From a virus, in IMG/VR virus record IMGVR_UViG_3300010373_000002, positions 1 to 64,000 of that record: 64,000 nucleotides of DNA; one strand, written 5' to 3'. Both the position numbers and the translations under genes were made by a program. The notes under the pieces were generated by a model. That model saw only the letters and a list, made by a program, of their open reading frames with translations. It ran no database searches and was not told where the DNA came from. Shown here piece after piece: positions 55,294-64,000 of the stretch. How positions within the stretch are numbered: position 1 is the stretch's first letter; the number at the start of each line of letters is the position of its first letter.

Positions 55294-56112
55294 ATGTTTT
55301 ACATATCATCGGATACATCTCAAGTAAAACCGACCCCGAGCATCTACGCCGGCGGCAATTGGCGGTCGCTCTCTCGGAAAGTCTCGAAACATCAGAAACC
55401 GTGCCGCCATTTCGTCGCCGACCCGGCAACCGTTCTTCCCGCGTCGATCGACTTGGACGTGCTTAACGCGCCCATCTTGGATCAAAGCCAATACGGCTCG
55501 TGCGGCGGTTGGTCCACTGCAGGGGCCTTGATGCTCGCCAGGAACCTTGCAGGCCAAGACGCCGAGGAATTGTCGGGTAGTTATATCTACTCGTATACCA
55601 ACGGCGGCGTCGATCAAGGCTCGGCGATTTCGGACGACGTGGACGCGGCGACGACATACGGAACCTGTAGCGATTCGCTTTGCACCGCCGACATGATCTA
55701 CCGCTATCAGATTCCCGCCGGAGCCGACACGCAAGCGAAACGGTTCCGCATCGGCGACTCTTTGGCGCTCACCGACTCCACGCTGTTCCAAGCGGCCCTG
55801 GCGGCGGGGCGACCGATCGTCTGCGGTATCGAGGCCGGGCCTGACTTCTCGAACCTGGATGCAGAAGGCGTGCCGCCGGTCTCTCAAGGTCAAGGAAACC
55901 ACGCGGTCTGCCTGGTCGGCTACTTGACGCTTCCCTCGGGCCGATTCGCCTTCAAGATGCGGAACAGTTGGGGAGCGGATTGGGGCGTGAACGGCTACTG
56001 CTACTGCTTGCCGCAACACTTCTCCTCGGCCGATCAATCCGACTCAAGAGCGATCGTCTCGGCCTTGGACGATCCCCAAGATTCCTCGATACCTCCAGTC
56101 GTGTCCGCCTGA
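55294..56112 (+). CDS. Papain-like (C1) cysteine peptidase 2
   Basis: DQSQYGSC; NHAVCLVGY; RNSWG.DWG.NGY; AGGA RBS. Confidence 0.92.
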   Translation: MFYISSDTSQVKPTPSIYAGGNWRSLSRKVSKHQKPCRHFVADPATVLPASIDLDVLNAPILDQSQYGSCGGWSTAGALMLARNLAGQDAEELSGSYIYSYTNGGVDQGSAISDDVDAATTYGTCSDSLCTADMIYRYQIPAGADTQAKRFRIGDSLALTDSTLFQAALAAGRPIVCGIEAGPDFSNLDAEGVPPVSQGQGNHAVCLVGYLTLPSGRFAFKMRNSWGADWGVNGYCYCLPQHFSSADQSDSRAIVSALDDPQDSSIPPVVSA

Positions 56113-56166
56113 TATTCGCCAATTCGCATCTCTCTGAACTCGCGCAAAGCGAGAGCGAGCGCAACC

Positions 56167-58899
56167 ATGAGCAACGCGATCGGCAATATGTCCGCCGGAG
56201 GCGGCGGCGGTTCGTCCACCGCTTTAAGTTCGGGGCAGAACGTCTACGACGTATCGAAATACGGCGCGCTTCCCGACCCCGGCCACAGCAATTCGCTCAA
56301 AGGGGCAATCGACACGATCAGCGGTCTCGTCGGGTCCGGCGACCCGGTGACGATTTATATACCATCGGGCACTTATACGATTTTCGACTCGATTTGGCTG
56401 CCGTCCAATCTCTGTTCCGTCGTCGGCCAAGACATGCAAACGACGGTGATCAACGGGTTCGGCTTGCCCGCGTTCATCGTCGGTTTCCCCAAAGAGTACG
56501 GCAACCAACCGATCACGGCGGGTCACTGGCCGGCGATGCCCACCGCGCCGGGAGTCACGAACGGCATGGATTCGGCGTGGGCCAACGGCATTATCGGCAA
56601 TCGCAAGGGATTCGCGATGTACGACCCGGCGACGGGTTTAACGAATCCCGATTTGCGGTACTTTTATTTTCAGAACACGCCGATCACCCAAGGTCTCACG
56701 AACGACTATTGGACCGTTACGAATAAGTTCACTTTAGAACTTGCCGCCCTTCATCGCACCGCTTCGCCGACCGCGAGCGTGCCCGCGATCGGGCCGGGAC
56801 TGCCGCCGCTCGGCTACGGCGTCTGCTTGGCGAATTTCACCAGTCCGAGCATGACTCGGCCTTGGTCCGTCTTGGCTCAAGGAATTCAAGGGAACGTCGT
56901 CTCCAGCGCCGCCAACTCGGTCACGATCACGAAAACCTCGTCGGTCTTGGGGATCAACGGCGGCAATATTCCGGTCGGCTCCTTGATCCAAGTGACGACG
57001 GGAACCGGCGCGGGCCAGATCAACCAAATTACCTCGATCACTCCCTCCGGCGGCAATTTGATTTTTGCCGTCCAAAACTCATGGAACGTCAACCCCGGAG
57101 CAGGCGCGACCGTGGTGGTTCTTTGCGGCTTCTCTATCTCGGTCAATATCGCCACGACGCCGCTTTGCGATGGACAAATCCCCGGATACGACCCCTCGCA
57201 AGACGGCACTCAAAGCGGAATCGGCTTGATGTTCCCGACCGGCATGGGTGCTCAACTCTCGGCATTGACGTCGGCGAATTCGATCTGGCGGTTCAAGTTC
57301 CAACTCGATCTCACCGCGTCTTCCTTGGCGAATCTCGCTCAAGGCTGGGTCTCCATCAATGGGTCGGCGTCGGGAAGTTTCGCGCAAATGACGGCGGTCA
57401 GCGGTCCCGCGCTGCCTTTGCCCAATCCGCATTTCGTCGAAGCGTCGTTCGGCTTCGTCAGCGTCGGCGCGCCGATCTTGCAACCGCAACTCCAAATCTT
57501 CCCCGGCTATTCGATGGTCCCGTTCGTCTCTTGGAACGGCGGCGTCACCCCCACGTTTACCGCAGACCAAAAGGCCGCTCTGCCGGGTTGGGACGTCACC
57601 TTGCTCGGTATGTCGCTGGTCGCGGGAAACTCCGGCGGCAACGTCTACACGACCGCCGCGACTCTGGCGCTCAACACGAGCGGACCTCGGCCGACCGGAA
57701 CGATCGGCGACAACTTCTCTTACGGCCCCTCCGGCGTGGCGAACATGCTGGCTTGGCTCCCTTTCTCCGACCCCGGCCTTACCGACTCGTTCGGCGGGCG
57801 AATGGCGGCGATCACCCCGCTCGGCGGCTCGGGAACTCGGGGCATCGTCTTGCCGATGATCTATTTGGGCGACAACTCGACGCCGATCGGCAATCAGTGC
57901 AGCGTGTCCAATCTTACCGTCAGCGGCAGTTCCAACCCCTCGGTCGGCATGGCGTTCTGGGCCGGTCCTTGCTACGACATGCACTTCGATAACATCTATG
58001 TGAATTCGTTCCAGAACGGCATCTGCCAAGTCCCGTTCAACAACGGCTACATCTTGGACGTCAGCTTCCTCGGGACCAAGAGTTGCGCCGACGCGGGAAT
58101 GTTTCTCTTCAATACATACGGTCGGATCAAGAATTACCACACGACCTCGCAACGTACCGGACTCCGCTGCGTCTCGGCGACCTTGGAGGTCGGCACATGG
58201 ATCAACGGCAACGTGGTGGCGGGCCTCCATACGGCGAGAGGCCATACCGGCGAGTATAGTTCCTCTTGCTTATTCATGGAATCGTTCATCAACGACAACG
58301 AGGCGCAGTTCGGCACGCCGGCCGCGTCGATCGCCATCATCGACTACGACAACGGGCCGACCAATTCGGTCACGGCCTTGCGACTGCCGAACCTCAATCT
58401 TTCGAGTCCGAGCGGCATCGCCCCTTATATCAAGCTCCGCAATATCGTCCCCGCCGGTTGCAGTACGCTCCGCTTGACCGGCCCGGCCTGTTCGCCTAAA
58501 GGCGCTCCACTGGTCCAGATGGTCGGCGGCAACACGGGATGGGACGGCGTTATCGAAGACGTCAACTTCAACACCGTCTCGCCCGACTTCGACTACACGC
58601 CCATTCTCGATTGCACCTTCGGACCCCGCACCAGCCGCATCCGGCTCGAAATTTACTTGGACGGCCTACCGATCGCCGGACCTTGGGCGGCGGGAGCGAC
58701 CGTAATCAAGATTCGCGCGAGCGCCTTGCTCCCCGGTATGCCGACCTCTTTCGTCTGCGTCCAAGGGGGTCAATACGGCACGAACTCGCCGCCGGTCTGG
58801 GACGCTCGCGACCCTTACTCGCCCGATGGAACCAACAACGCCATTTGGATGACGACCACAAGAACCAATTATGGTTCATGCACCATTACAGGTTTATAA
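56167..58899 (+). CDS. Tailspike/depolymerase-like protein (pectate-lyase-3-like N-terminus, beta-helix)
   Basis: YDVSKYGA.PD...AID...IYIP.GTY; C-terminal CVQGG..G...P.W. Confidence 0.75.
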   Translation: MSNAIGNMSAGGGGGSSTALSSGQNVYDVSKYGALPDPGHSNSLKGAIDTISGLVGSGDPVTIYIPSGTYTIFDSIWLPSNLCSVVGQDMQTTVINGFGLPAFIVGFPKEYGNQPITAGHWPAMPTAPGVTNGMDSAWANGIIGNRKGFAMYDPATGLTNPDLRYFYFQNTPITQGLTNDYWTVTNKFTLELAALHRTASPTASVPAIGPGLPPLGYGVCLANFTSPSMTRPWSVLAQGIQGNVVSSAANSVTITKTSSVLGINGGNIPVGSLIQVTTGTGAGQINQITSITPSGGNLIFAVQNSWNVNPGAGATVVVLCGFSISVNIATTPLCDGQIPGYDPSQDGTQSGIGLMFPTGMGAQLSALTSANSIWRFKFQLDLTASSLANLAQGWVSINGSASGSFAQMTAVSGPALPLPNPHFVEASFGFVSVGAPILQPQLQIFPGYSMVPFVSWNGGVTPTFTADQKAALPGWDVTLLGMSLVAGNSGGNVYTTAATLALNTSGPRPTGTIGDNFSYGPSGVANMLAWLPFSDPGLTDSFGGRMAAITPLGGSGTRGIVLPMIYLGDNSTPIGNQCSVSNLTVSGSSNPSVGMAFWAGPCYDMHFDNIYVNSFQNGICQVPFNNGYILDVSFLGTKSCADAGMFLFNTYGRIKNYHTTSQRTGLRCVSATLEVGTWINGNVVAGLHTARGHTGEYSSSCLFMESFINDNEAQFGTPAASIAIIDYDNGPTNSVTALRLPNLNLSSPSGIAPYIKLRNIVPAGCSTLRLTGPACSPKGAPLVQMVGGNTGWDGVIEDVNFNTVSPDFDYTPILDCTFGPRTSRIRLEIYLDGLPIAGPWAAGATVIKIRASALLPGMPTSFVCVQGGQYGTNSPPVWDARDPYSPDGTNNAIWMTTTRTNYGSCTITGL

Positions 58900-58908
58900 G
58901 GACACATC

Positions 58909-59328
58909 ATGGTTTCCACGGGCTTTCTCACCGATTTGATCGCCAACGATTTGCAGGCGTCGATCTTCCACGGCGCATCTTTTCCGGCGTTCCCGACGAA
59001 CCTCTATCTCGCCCTCTCGCGGGTGAACCCGAACCGGCAAAACGCGATTCCCGCTCCGTTTACCGAACTAACCGGCAGCAATTATTCGCGAACCTTGATC
59101 GCTTGCACTTCGGGAAATTGGACCTTAAACGCGACCGGCCAAGCGTACAACACGCTCCAAATCACGCTTCCCGTGCCGACCGCTCCTTGGCTGACCGTTT
59201 TCGGCTGGGGCCTCTACGACGCTCCGACCGGCGGCACTCTTTGGTGGTGCGGAAATCTGCCCGGATTAGTGTTCACGACGACTTCGGCCCCGATCATCGC
59301 CGCAGGCGCTCTCATCCTCCAAATCTAA
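58909..59328 (+). CDS. Small phage tail-fibre-associated protein
   Basis: LYLAL...EL.G..Y.R...W...N...I..P..T..W.TV...GLYDA.TGG.L. Confidence 0.8.
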   Translation: MVSTGFLTDLIANDLQASIFHGASFPAFPTNLYLALSRVNPNRQNAIPAPFTELTGSNYSRTLIACTSGNWTLNATGQAYNTLQITLPVPTAPWLTVFGWGLYDAPTGGTLWWCGNLPGLVFTTTSAPIIAAGALILQI

Positions 59329-59341
59329 GAAAGAGGAAACG

Positions 59342-61216
59342 ATGCCGCTCAGCGTCATATTTTGCGATGCCGGAGTCGCCGGTTCCTACTCGGTTCGGAT
59401 CAGGCAACTCTACGGCAGCCGTTTCTTTTTCGACTTCGGCGCACTCGCCTTTTCCGCCAGTCCCGGAACCCCGTCGCACGCCTTGACGGCGACCTCGGGA
59501 GCGATCGCGGGCGCGCTCGAATACTTCCTGGCCTTGACGCCGGTCAGCACTTGGATCGACGGCCAATACGCCGCCTATATAGATAACGGTTCCAACACGG
59601 TCGATATCGCCGGTTTCATTATGATCAACGGCGACTCGATTCCGTTAAGCCTCGCCCTGATTACCTCGTCGATCTTCGGAGCGACCGCCTCGTCGTTCAA
59701 TACCGGCGGCACGATGGGAGCCAAGATCAACGCGGCAGGATCGGCCGGAGACCCATTGGCGAACCCGACCACGACCTACTCGGCCGGCGGCACGGTCGGC
59801 AACCTGATCGTCACCAACCTCAACGAGTCGATCACGGCGGCGGCTTCCGCAGTCACTCTGGCGGCGGGACAAGTTCCGGCTCACTTCACCGCTTTGGCGA
59901 TCGACTTGGCATCGGGCGGCGTGACCGTCAAGACGAACAACGACAAGTCTAATTATGTCTTGGCGGCGGGACAAGTTCCCGGCAATTTCACGAGCCTTCA
60001 AATCGACGCTTCCACGGGCGGCGTCACGGTCAAAACCAATAACGACAAGACCGGCTACGCCTTGTCGGCGGGCGAGCATAACCAGATCGCCGTCGATGTC
60101 TTGGACGCTCCCGCTTTGACCCACGACATCAACCTTACGATCGGCGCGAAGATCAATCTCTCCGGTTCCGCCGTCGATCCGCTCGCCAACGCGCCTTCGG
60201 TGTACGCCGCTCCCGGCACGGTCGGTCATCAATTAGTGACCAACCTGGATGAGATGATCAGCGCCGCCGCCGCCTCGGCCACTCTGGCGGCCGGTCAAGT
60301 GCCGGCCAACTTCACCGCCTTGGCAATCGACTCGGGAACCGGCGGCGTGACGGTTCATGCGAACTCGGACAAAACCGGCTACGCCTTGACCACTTCGGAG
60401 CATACCGCCATCGCCGGGGACGTCTTGAACGCTCCGGCGGCGAGCTACGACACGAACTTGACGATCGGGGCCAAGATCAACCTTTCCGGTTCCGCCGTCG
60501 ATCCGCTCGCCAACGCCCTTTCGGTGTACGCGAATCCGGGAACGGTCGGCAACCTGATCGTGACCAACATCGACGAGAAGATCACTCATGCCGGAGACAG
60601 CGTGACTTTGGCTCCCGGTCAAGTTCCCGCCTTCTTCACCAGTCTCGCCATCAATCAACAGACCGGCGGCGTGAACGTCTTCGAGAACCTTGATAAATCC
60701 GGTTACGCCTTGACCTCGGCCGAACATCTCGCCGTTTCCTCGGACATCTTGAACGCGGTCGCTTCCACTTACGACGTCCCTTTTTCGATCGGAGCCAAGA
60801 TCAACGCTCTAGCGGTACTTGCCCCCGGCCAACTGCCGACCAACTTCTCGGCGATGGCGATCGACGCTTCCACGGGCGGCGTGACTGTTCACACGAACCA
60901 AGACAAGACCAACTACACCATTCTCGGCTCGTCGGGAACCGGCGGCATCTCGATCAATCACAACACGCCGACCACGGACAACCTTAGAGCGGTCAACACG
61001 GCCGGAGTCGGTATTCCCAACGTCCAAATCTTCGCCTTCCTGGCGAGCGATTACCAAGCCGGCAACATCGGCTCGGCGTTCCTGCAAGCGACGGCGGTCA
61101 CGGGACCGGACGGACGCTGGCTGAACACGATGATGCTCGCGCCGCAGACGTACACGTTCCTCTTCGGCGACCCCGGCGAATTCCAAACCGGCGCGAAAAC
61201 CTTAACGATCACATAA
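59342..61216 (+). CDS. Repeat-containing fibre-like virion protein (108-aa units)
   Basis: GAKIN units starting at 59711, 60137, 60461, 60785; V..N.DK.GY.L sub-repeats. Confidence 0.8.
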   Translation: MPLSVIFCDAGVAGSYSVRIRQLYGSRFFFDFGALAFSASPGTPSHALTATSGAIAGALEYFLALTPVSTWIDGQYAAYIDNGSNTVDIAGFIMINGDSIPLSLALITSSIFGATASSFNTGGTMGAKINAAGSAGDPLANPTTTYSAGGTVGNLIVTNLNESITAAASAVTLAAGQVPAHFTALAIDLASGGVTVKTNNDKSNYVLAAGQVPGNFTSLQIDASTGGVTVKTNNDKTGYALSAGEHNQIAVDVLDAPALTHDINLTIGAKINLSGSAVDPLANAPSVYAAPGTVGHQLVTNLDEMISAAAASATLAAGQVPANFTALAIDSGTGGVTVHANSDKTGYALTTSEHTAIAGDVLNAPAASYDTNLTIGAKINLSGSAVDPLANALSVYANPGTVGNLIVTNIDEKITHAGDSVTLAPGQVPAFFTSLAINQQTGGVNVFENLDKSGYALTSAEHLAVSSDILNAVASTYDVPFSIGAKINALAVLAPGQLPTNFSAMAIDASTGGVTVHTNQDKTNYTILGSSGTGGISINHNTPTTDNLRAVNTAGVGIPNVQIFAFLASDYQAGNIGSAFLQATAVTGPDGRWLNTMMLAPQTYTFLFGDPGEFQTGAKTLTIT

Positions 61217-61226
61217 GGAGTTTTAC

Positions 61227-62207
61227 ATGCCGGTCGTCTTAAATCCGATCACGGAAAACGACAATTCGCTGATCACCTTGAGCCAGTTGACGACGGCGAT
61301 TCCCAACCTGTCGGCGGCCCAACTGGCGGATGCCCCTGCGGCCATCGTCGCCGCGTCGATCGCCATCAATCAGTGGACTAAAAATATCTTCGTTTTGACC
61401 GATTACGACGAGATTTATAGTCCGTCCGTGACCGACGGACGACTGATCCTCAAACACTTTCCCGTCAACACGGTCTACCGGGTCTCCTCGGGGAAGACGC
61501 AAGCCGCCGCCGTCTTCAACTTCGCGACCACGCTCAACCAGCGAGCCTACATGGCGTTCTCCTACACCGGCGACGTCGCCTCGGGTCTCACGTATACCGG
61601 CCTCAACCTCACGCGAGTCTCCTCGGCGGTTTCGACGACGGTCAACCTCTTATTTTCAACTTACTTGACCATTCAATCTTTGGTCGATGCGATCAATGCC
61701 CTTGGAAGCGGCTGGGACGCCACGGTAACAACCGGCATGGGTCAGTGGCCCACCACCGAGCTAACCGGCGGCGAAGCGTCTCAGGGATGTATGGGAGGCA
61801 CTGGGGCGTGTCTGGCCGTGTTCGCTCAAGACATCGCCTACACGTCGCTTGATCAGCCGACCGGCGTCATCAACATCGTCTATCCCCAGTTCACCAACTT
61901 CCTTTATCAGAACTCGGGATCGCTGATCGAGTATTTCGACGGCGAGTTGCCAGGCCAAGGCGTCATCCCTTCGTTGTCTCCCAGGCAGGTTCGAGTCGCC
62001 TACAACTCGGGATACGCGACGATTCCCGCCGACGTTCAAAGGGCGTGCATTTTAGCGGTGAACAACATCCTCAACTTCAGTCAACAAGATATCACGCTTC
62101 TGAAAGAGGATGTGCGAAATCATAAGATCGAGTTCAACACAAAAGGCATGATCCTCACGAAAACCGTTAAGCAAATCCTCTCGCCTTACAAAGACTGGAG
62201 GGTTTGA
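61227..62207 (+). CDS. Head-tail connector (gp6/gp15-like) with large insertion
   Basis: LITL...AAS..I...T...L...PV; V.Y.SGY..IPADV..A...L.PY..W. Confidence 0.8.
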   Translation: MPVVLNPITENDNSLITLSQLTTAIPNLSAAQLADAPAAIVAASIAINQWTKNIFVLTDYDEIYSPSVTDGRLILKHFPVNTVYRVSSGKTQAAAVFNFATTLNQRAYMAFSYTGDVASGLTYTGLNLTRVSSAVSTTVNLLFSTYLTIQSLVDAINALGSGWDATVTTGMGQWPTTELTGGEASQGCMGGTGACLAVFAQDIAYTSLDQPTGVINIVYPQFTNFLYQNSGSLIEYFDGELPGQGVIPSLSPRQVRVAYNSGYATIPADVQRACILAVNNILNFSQQDITLLKEDVRNHKIEFNTKGMILTKTVKQILSPYKDWRV

Positions 62208-62554
62208 TGCGAGCCGTTTCCAACCGGATGACGCCGAACACGACGACGGTCTCTCCCTTCATCAACATCAACCAAGACGTCTCCGGCGGCAAAAACTACG
62301 AGTTCGGCGACGCGGGACCGCCGCTCAAGTGCTCGGTCCAACCGAAGTACGCGGTACGCATGGACGAGTTAGGCCGTGAAAACTTAGTCGTTTATTACGA
62401 CATCATCTACCCGCTCGATCCGGGGATCAGGCCCCGCGACCAAATCAACTGGGTCGATAAGGGCAAGACTTTGTGGTGCGACGGCTCGATCGACGACTGC
62501 GGCATCGACAACGTGTGGCTGGTCACGGCGACGGAGCGGCCGATCTTGTCATAA
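62204..62554 (+). CDS. Head closure / head-tail adaptor protein
   Basis: D..GG...CSVQP...DP.I...DQI; position. Confidence 0.7.
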   Translation: MMRAVSNRMTPNTTTVSPFININQDVSGGKNYEFGDAGPPLKCSVQPKYAVRMDELGRENLVVYYDIIYPLDPGIRPRDQINWVDKGKTLWCDGSIDDCGIDNVWLVTATERPILS

Positions 62555-62564
62555 GGAAACATAA

Positions 62565-63008
62565 GTGGCAACGAAATGGCAATGGTCCGGCGACTCGCTT
62601 GAGAAAAAGATCAAGGCGCGGATCGCCGCCAACATGGCGATCGCCGGGAAACTGGTCAAAGAGAACGCTCGGAGATTGGTTTCGACAAAAGGCTACCGCA
62701 TCGTCCGAGCCGTGATCAACGTCGGCGGCGTCAGAAAAACCCGATCCCATCGCCATCTCGGCGTCACGACCTCGCGTCCCGGCCAATCGCCGTTCAAGCA
62801 GACCGGCGACCTCCAAAATGCGATCGAATACAAGGTCGATAAGGACCAATTGATTCTCAAAGTCGGCACGAACGTCGATGCCGACGTTTATGGATACGCC
62901 CGAGCCTTGGAAGACGGGACCGCGAAGATGTTGCCGCGTCCTTGGCTCAAGAAAGCCTTCCTCGAAAAAGAAACCGAAGTCGTCAAGATCATCACCAACC
63001 TCTCCTGA
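62565..63008 (+). CDS. HK97 gp10-like tail completion protein
   Basis: S.PG..P..QTG.L..I...VGTN...YA..LE.GT..M.PRP.L. Confidence 0.85.
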   Translation: MATKWQWSGDSLEKKIKARIAANMAIAGKLVKENARRLVSTKGYRIVRAVINVGGVRKTRSHRHLGVTTSRPGQSPFKQTGDLQNAIEYKVDKDQLILKVGTNVDADVYGYARALEDGTAKMLPRPWLKKAFLEKETEVVKIITNLS

Positions 63009-63051
63009 TTTCAAATCTCTATTAGTTCATTTTTCACAAGGAACGACCTTC

Positions 63052-63516
63052 ATGGCCGCCATCGACCTTTTCGTCAATTTGCCGTCCACCCCCCTGAGTG
63101 CCGGCGTTGCCAAAACCTCTTTGCAGATTACCGCGCCGACCAATCAGCGCTTGAAAGTCAAAGAATACGGCTTGTTCTTCGACGGGACCGTTTCGAACGC
63201 CTCTCCGGTCGAAATCAAGATCGCTCGCCAATCGAGTCCGGGCGTTTCTTTGGTGTCGGCGACCCCGGCCCCCAACGAGCAAGAGTTGACCGAATCGGTG
63301 CAATCGACCGCATTGACCGGCTCGCTCACCACTCAAACGGAACCGACCACCGGCTCCATTCTTGAGACGTTTACCTGTCCCGCGTTCCAAGGCCAGTACC
63401 AATACGTCGCCACGCCGGGCCAAGAGATCATCGTCAAGGGCGGTCAGTCGCTCGGCTTCATCTGTAACTCGCCTTCCGCCATCAACGTGCGCGGCTTCGT
63501 GAAATACGAAGAGTGA
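63052..63516 (+). CDS. Virion structural hypothetical protein
   Basis: AAGGA RBS, ATG 63052; beta-rich, ends YEE. Confidence 0.7.
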   Translation: MAAIDLFVNLPSTPLSAGVAKTSLQITAPTNQRLKVKEYGLFFDGTVSNASPVEIKIARQSSPGVSLVSATPAPNEQELTESVQSTALTGSLTTQTEPTTGSILETFTCPAFQGQYQYVATPGQEIIVKGGQSLGFICNSPSAINVRGFVKYEE

Positions 63517-63567
63517 TCCACATAGACGACCCCGTTTTTCATAATCTTATCATAAAGGGGTCGATCT

Positions 63568-64000
63568 ATGCCCAATATCATTAAACGCCGTTCCGTTTTG
63601 ACGAACAATCCTAGCGACCCGAGCACGGCTCCGGTTCCCAGCGATCTATTGATCGTCAACAAGAGGCAGATTCCTCGCCGCAGGCCGACCGAGTTATTGG
63701 AAAGCCCCGGCGAGGATTTAACCTTGCTCCGGCGGATCGGCATAGAGTTTCCGCACGCCAGGGGAGCGGTCGCCAAAAAGGGAAACGTCTTCTTGGATCA
63801 TCCCTTTGTGGTGATCAAGCAAGATTTATTTGTCGAATTCAACATGGCTCGGGCGGCGTCTCGTTACGTCGCCAAAAAAGGTTCGGTCTTCATGGCCGAT
63901 CCTTTGATTCAAGCGATTCCGCCGCCTCCCAACCCGCAGCTTGCCGTCTTCAACGCGGGATATAAAGCCGCTCGCTTGGCTCGATTTGATCAGGGTAAGG
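63568..64000 (+). CDS. Partial ORF running off the window
   Basis: ATG 63568, open to the end. Confidence 0.65.
   Translation, partial: MPNIIKRRSVLTNNPSDPSTAPVPSDLLIVNKRQIPRRRPTELLESPGEDLTLLRRIGIEFPHARGAVAKKGNVFLDHPFVVIKQDLFVEFNMARAASRYVAKKGSVFMADPLIQAIPPPPNPQLAVFNAGYKAARLARFDQGK

Larger units (their letters stand above)
1..64000. mobile_element. Tailed phage genome segment (or prophage), HK97-type head
   Basis: terL, portal, prohead protease, major capsid and head-tail genes in canonical order; dense small orphan genes; no host housekeeping genes. Confidence 0.95.

Noticed and set aside
59342-61216. Diversity-generating retroelement TR/VR pair
   Set aside because: Repeats are in-frame protein repeats, differences are not adenine-specific, and no reverse transcriptase is in the window
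1-64000. Stop-codon reassignment suggested by the release-factor-like gene
   Set aside because: Genes are intact under the standard code, and TAG, TGA and TAA all terminate at sensible junctions

Overview
64 kb of a tailed dsDNA phage (Caudoviricetes, HK97-type head) or prophage. No host housekeeping gene, integrase or DNA polymerase is visible in the window. The likely host is a planctomycete (Isosphaeraceae-like), inferred from a planctomycete-type 'PEFLERRLSPS' N-terminal motif peptide and a divergent CsrA. Layout: (1) 0.3-12.8 kb, + strand accessory genes: HTH/GIY-YIG fusion, an expanded W...CQ domain family, a release-factor fragment with GGR instead of GGQ, two IS200/IS605 TnpB elements, a C5 DNA methyltransferase with a nested +1-frame gene, and anti-TRAP-like Zn proteins. 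(2) 12.8-19.3 kb, - strand small genes. (3) 19.4-22.5 kb, + strand HTH and membrane genes. (4) 22.9-38.1 kb, - strand 'early' arm behind a canonical sigma70 promoter: CsrA-like, hexapeptide protein, AcrVA2 family, XRE HTH and many small unknowns. (5) 38.1-39.35 kb, noncoding repeat-rich control or packaging region. (6) 39.36-64 kb, + strand morphogenesis operon: terS, terL, phosphoesterase, DUF4406/DUF5664 fusion, portal, protease and major capsid, then an ~11 kb block of beta-helix, repeat and two papain-like protease genes, then head-tail connector genes. The best candidates for undescribed biology are the twin papain-protease cassette, the 8-copy W...CQ domain family, and the GGR mini release factor alongside other translation-level effectors. 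All family assignments come from motif recognition by eye; no database search was run.
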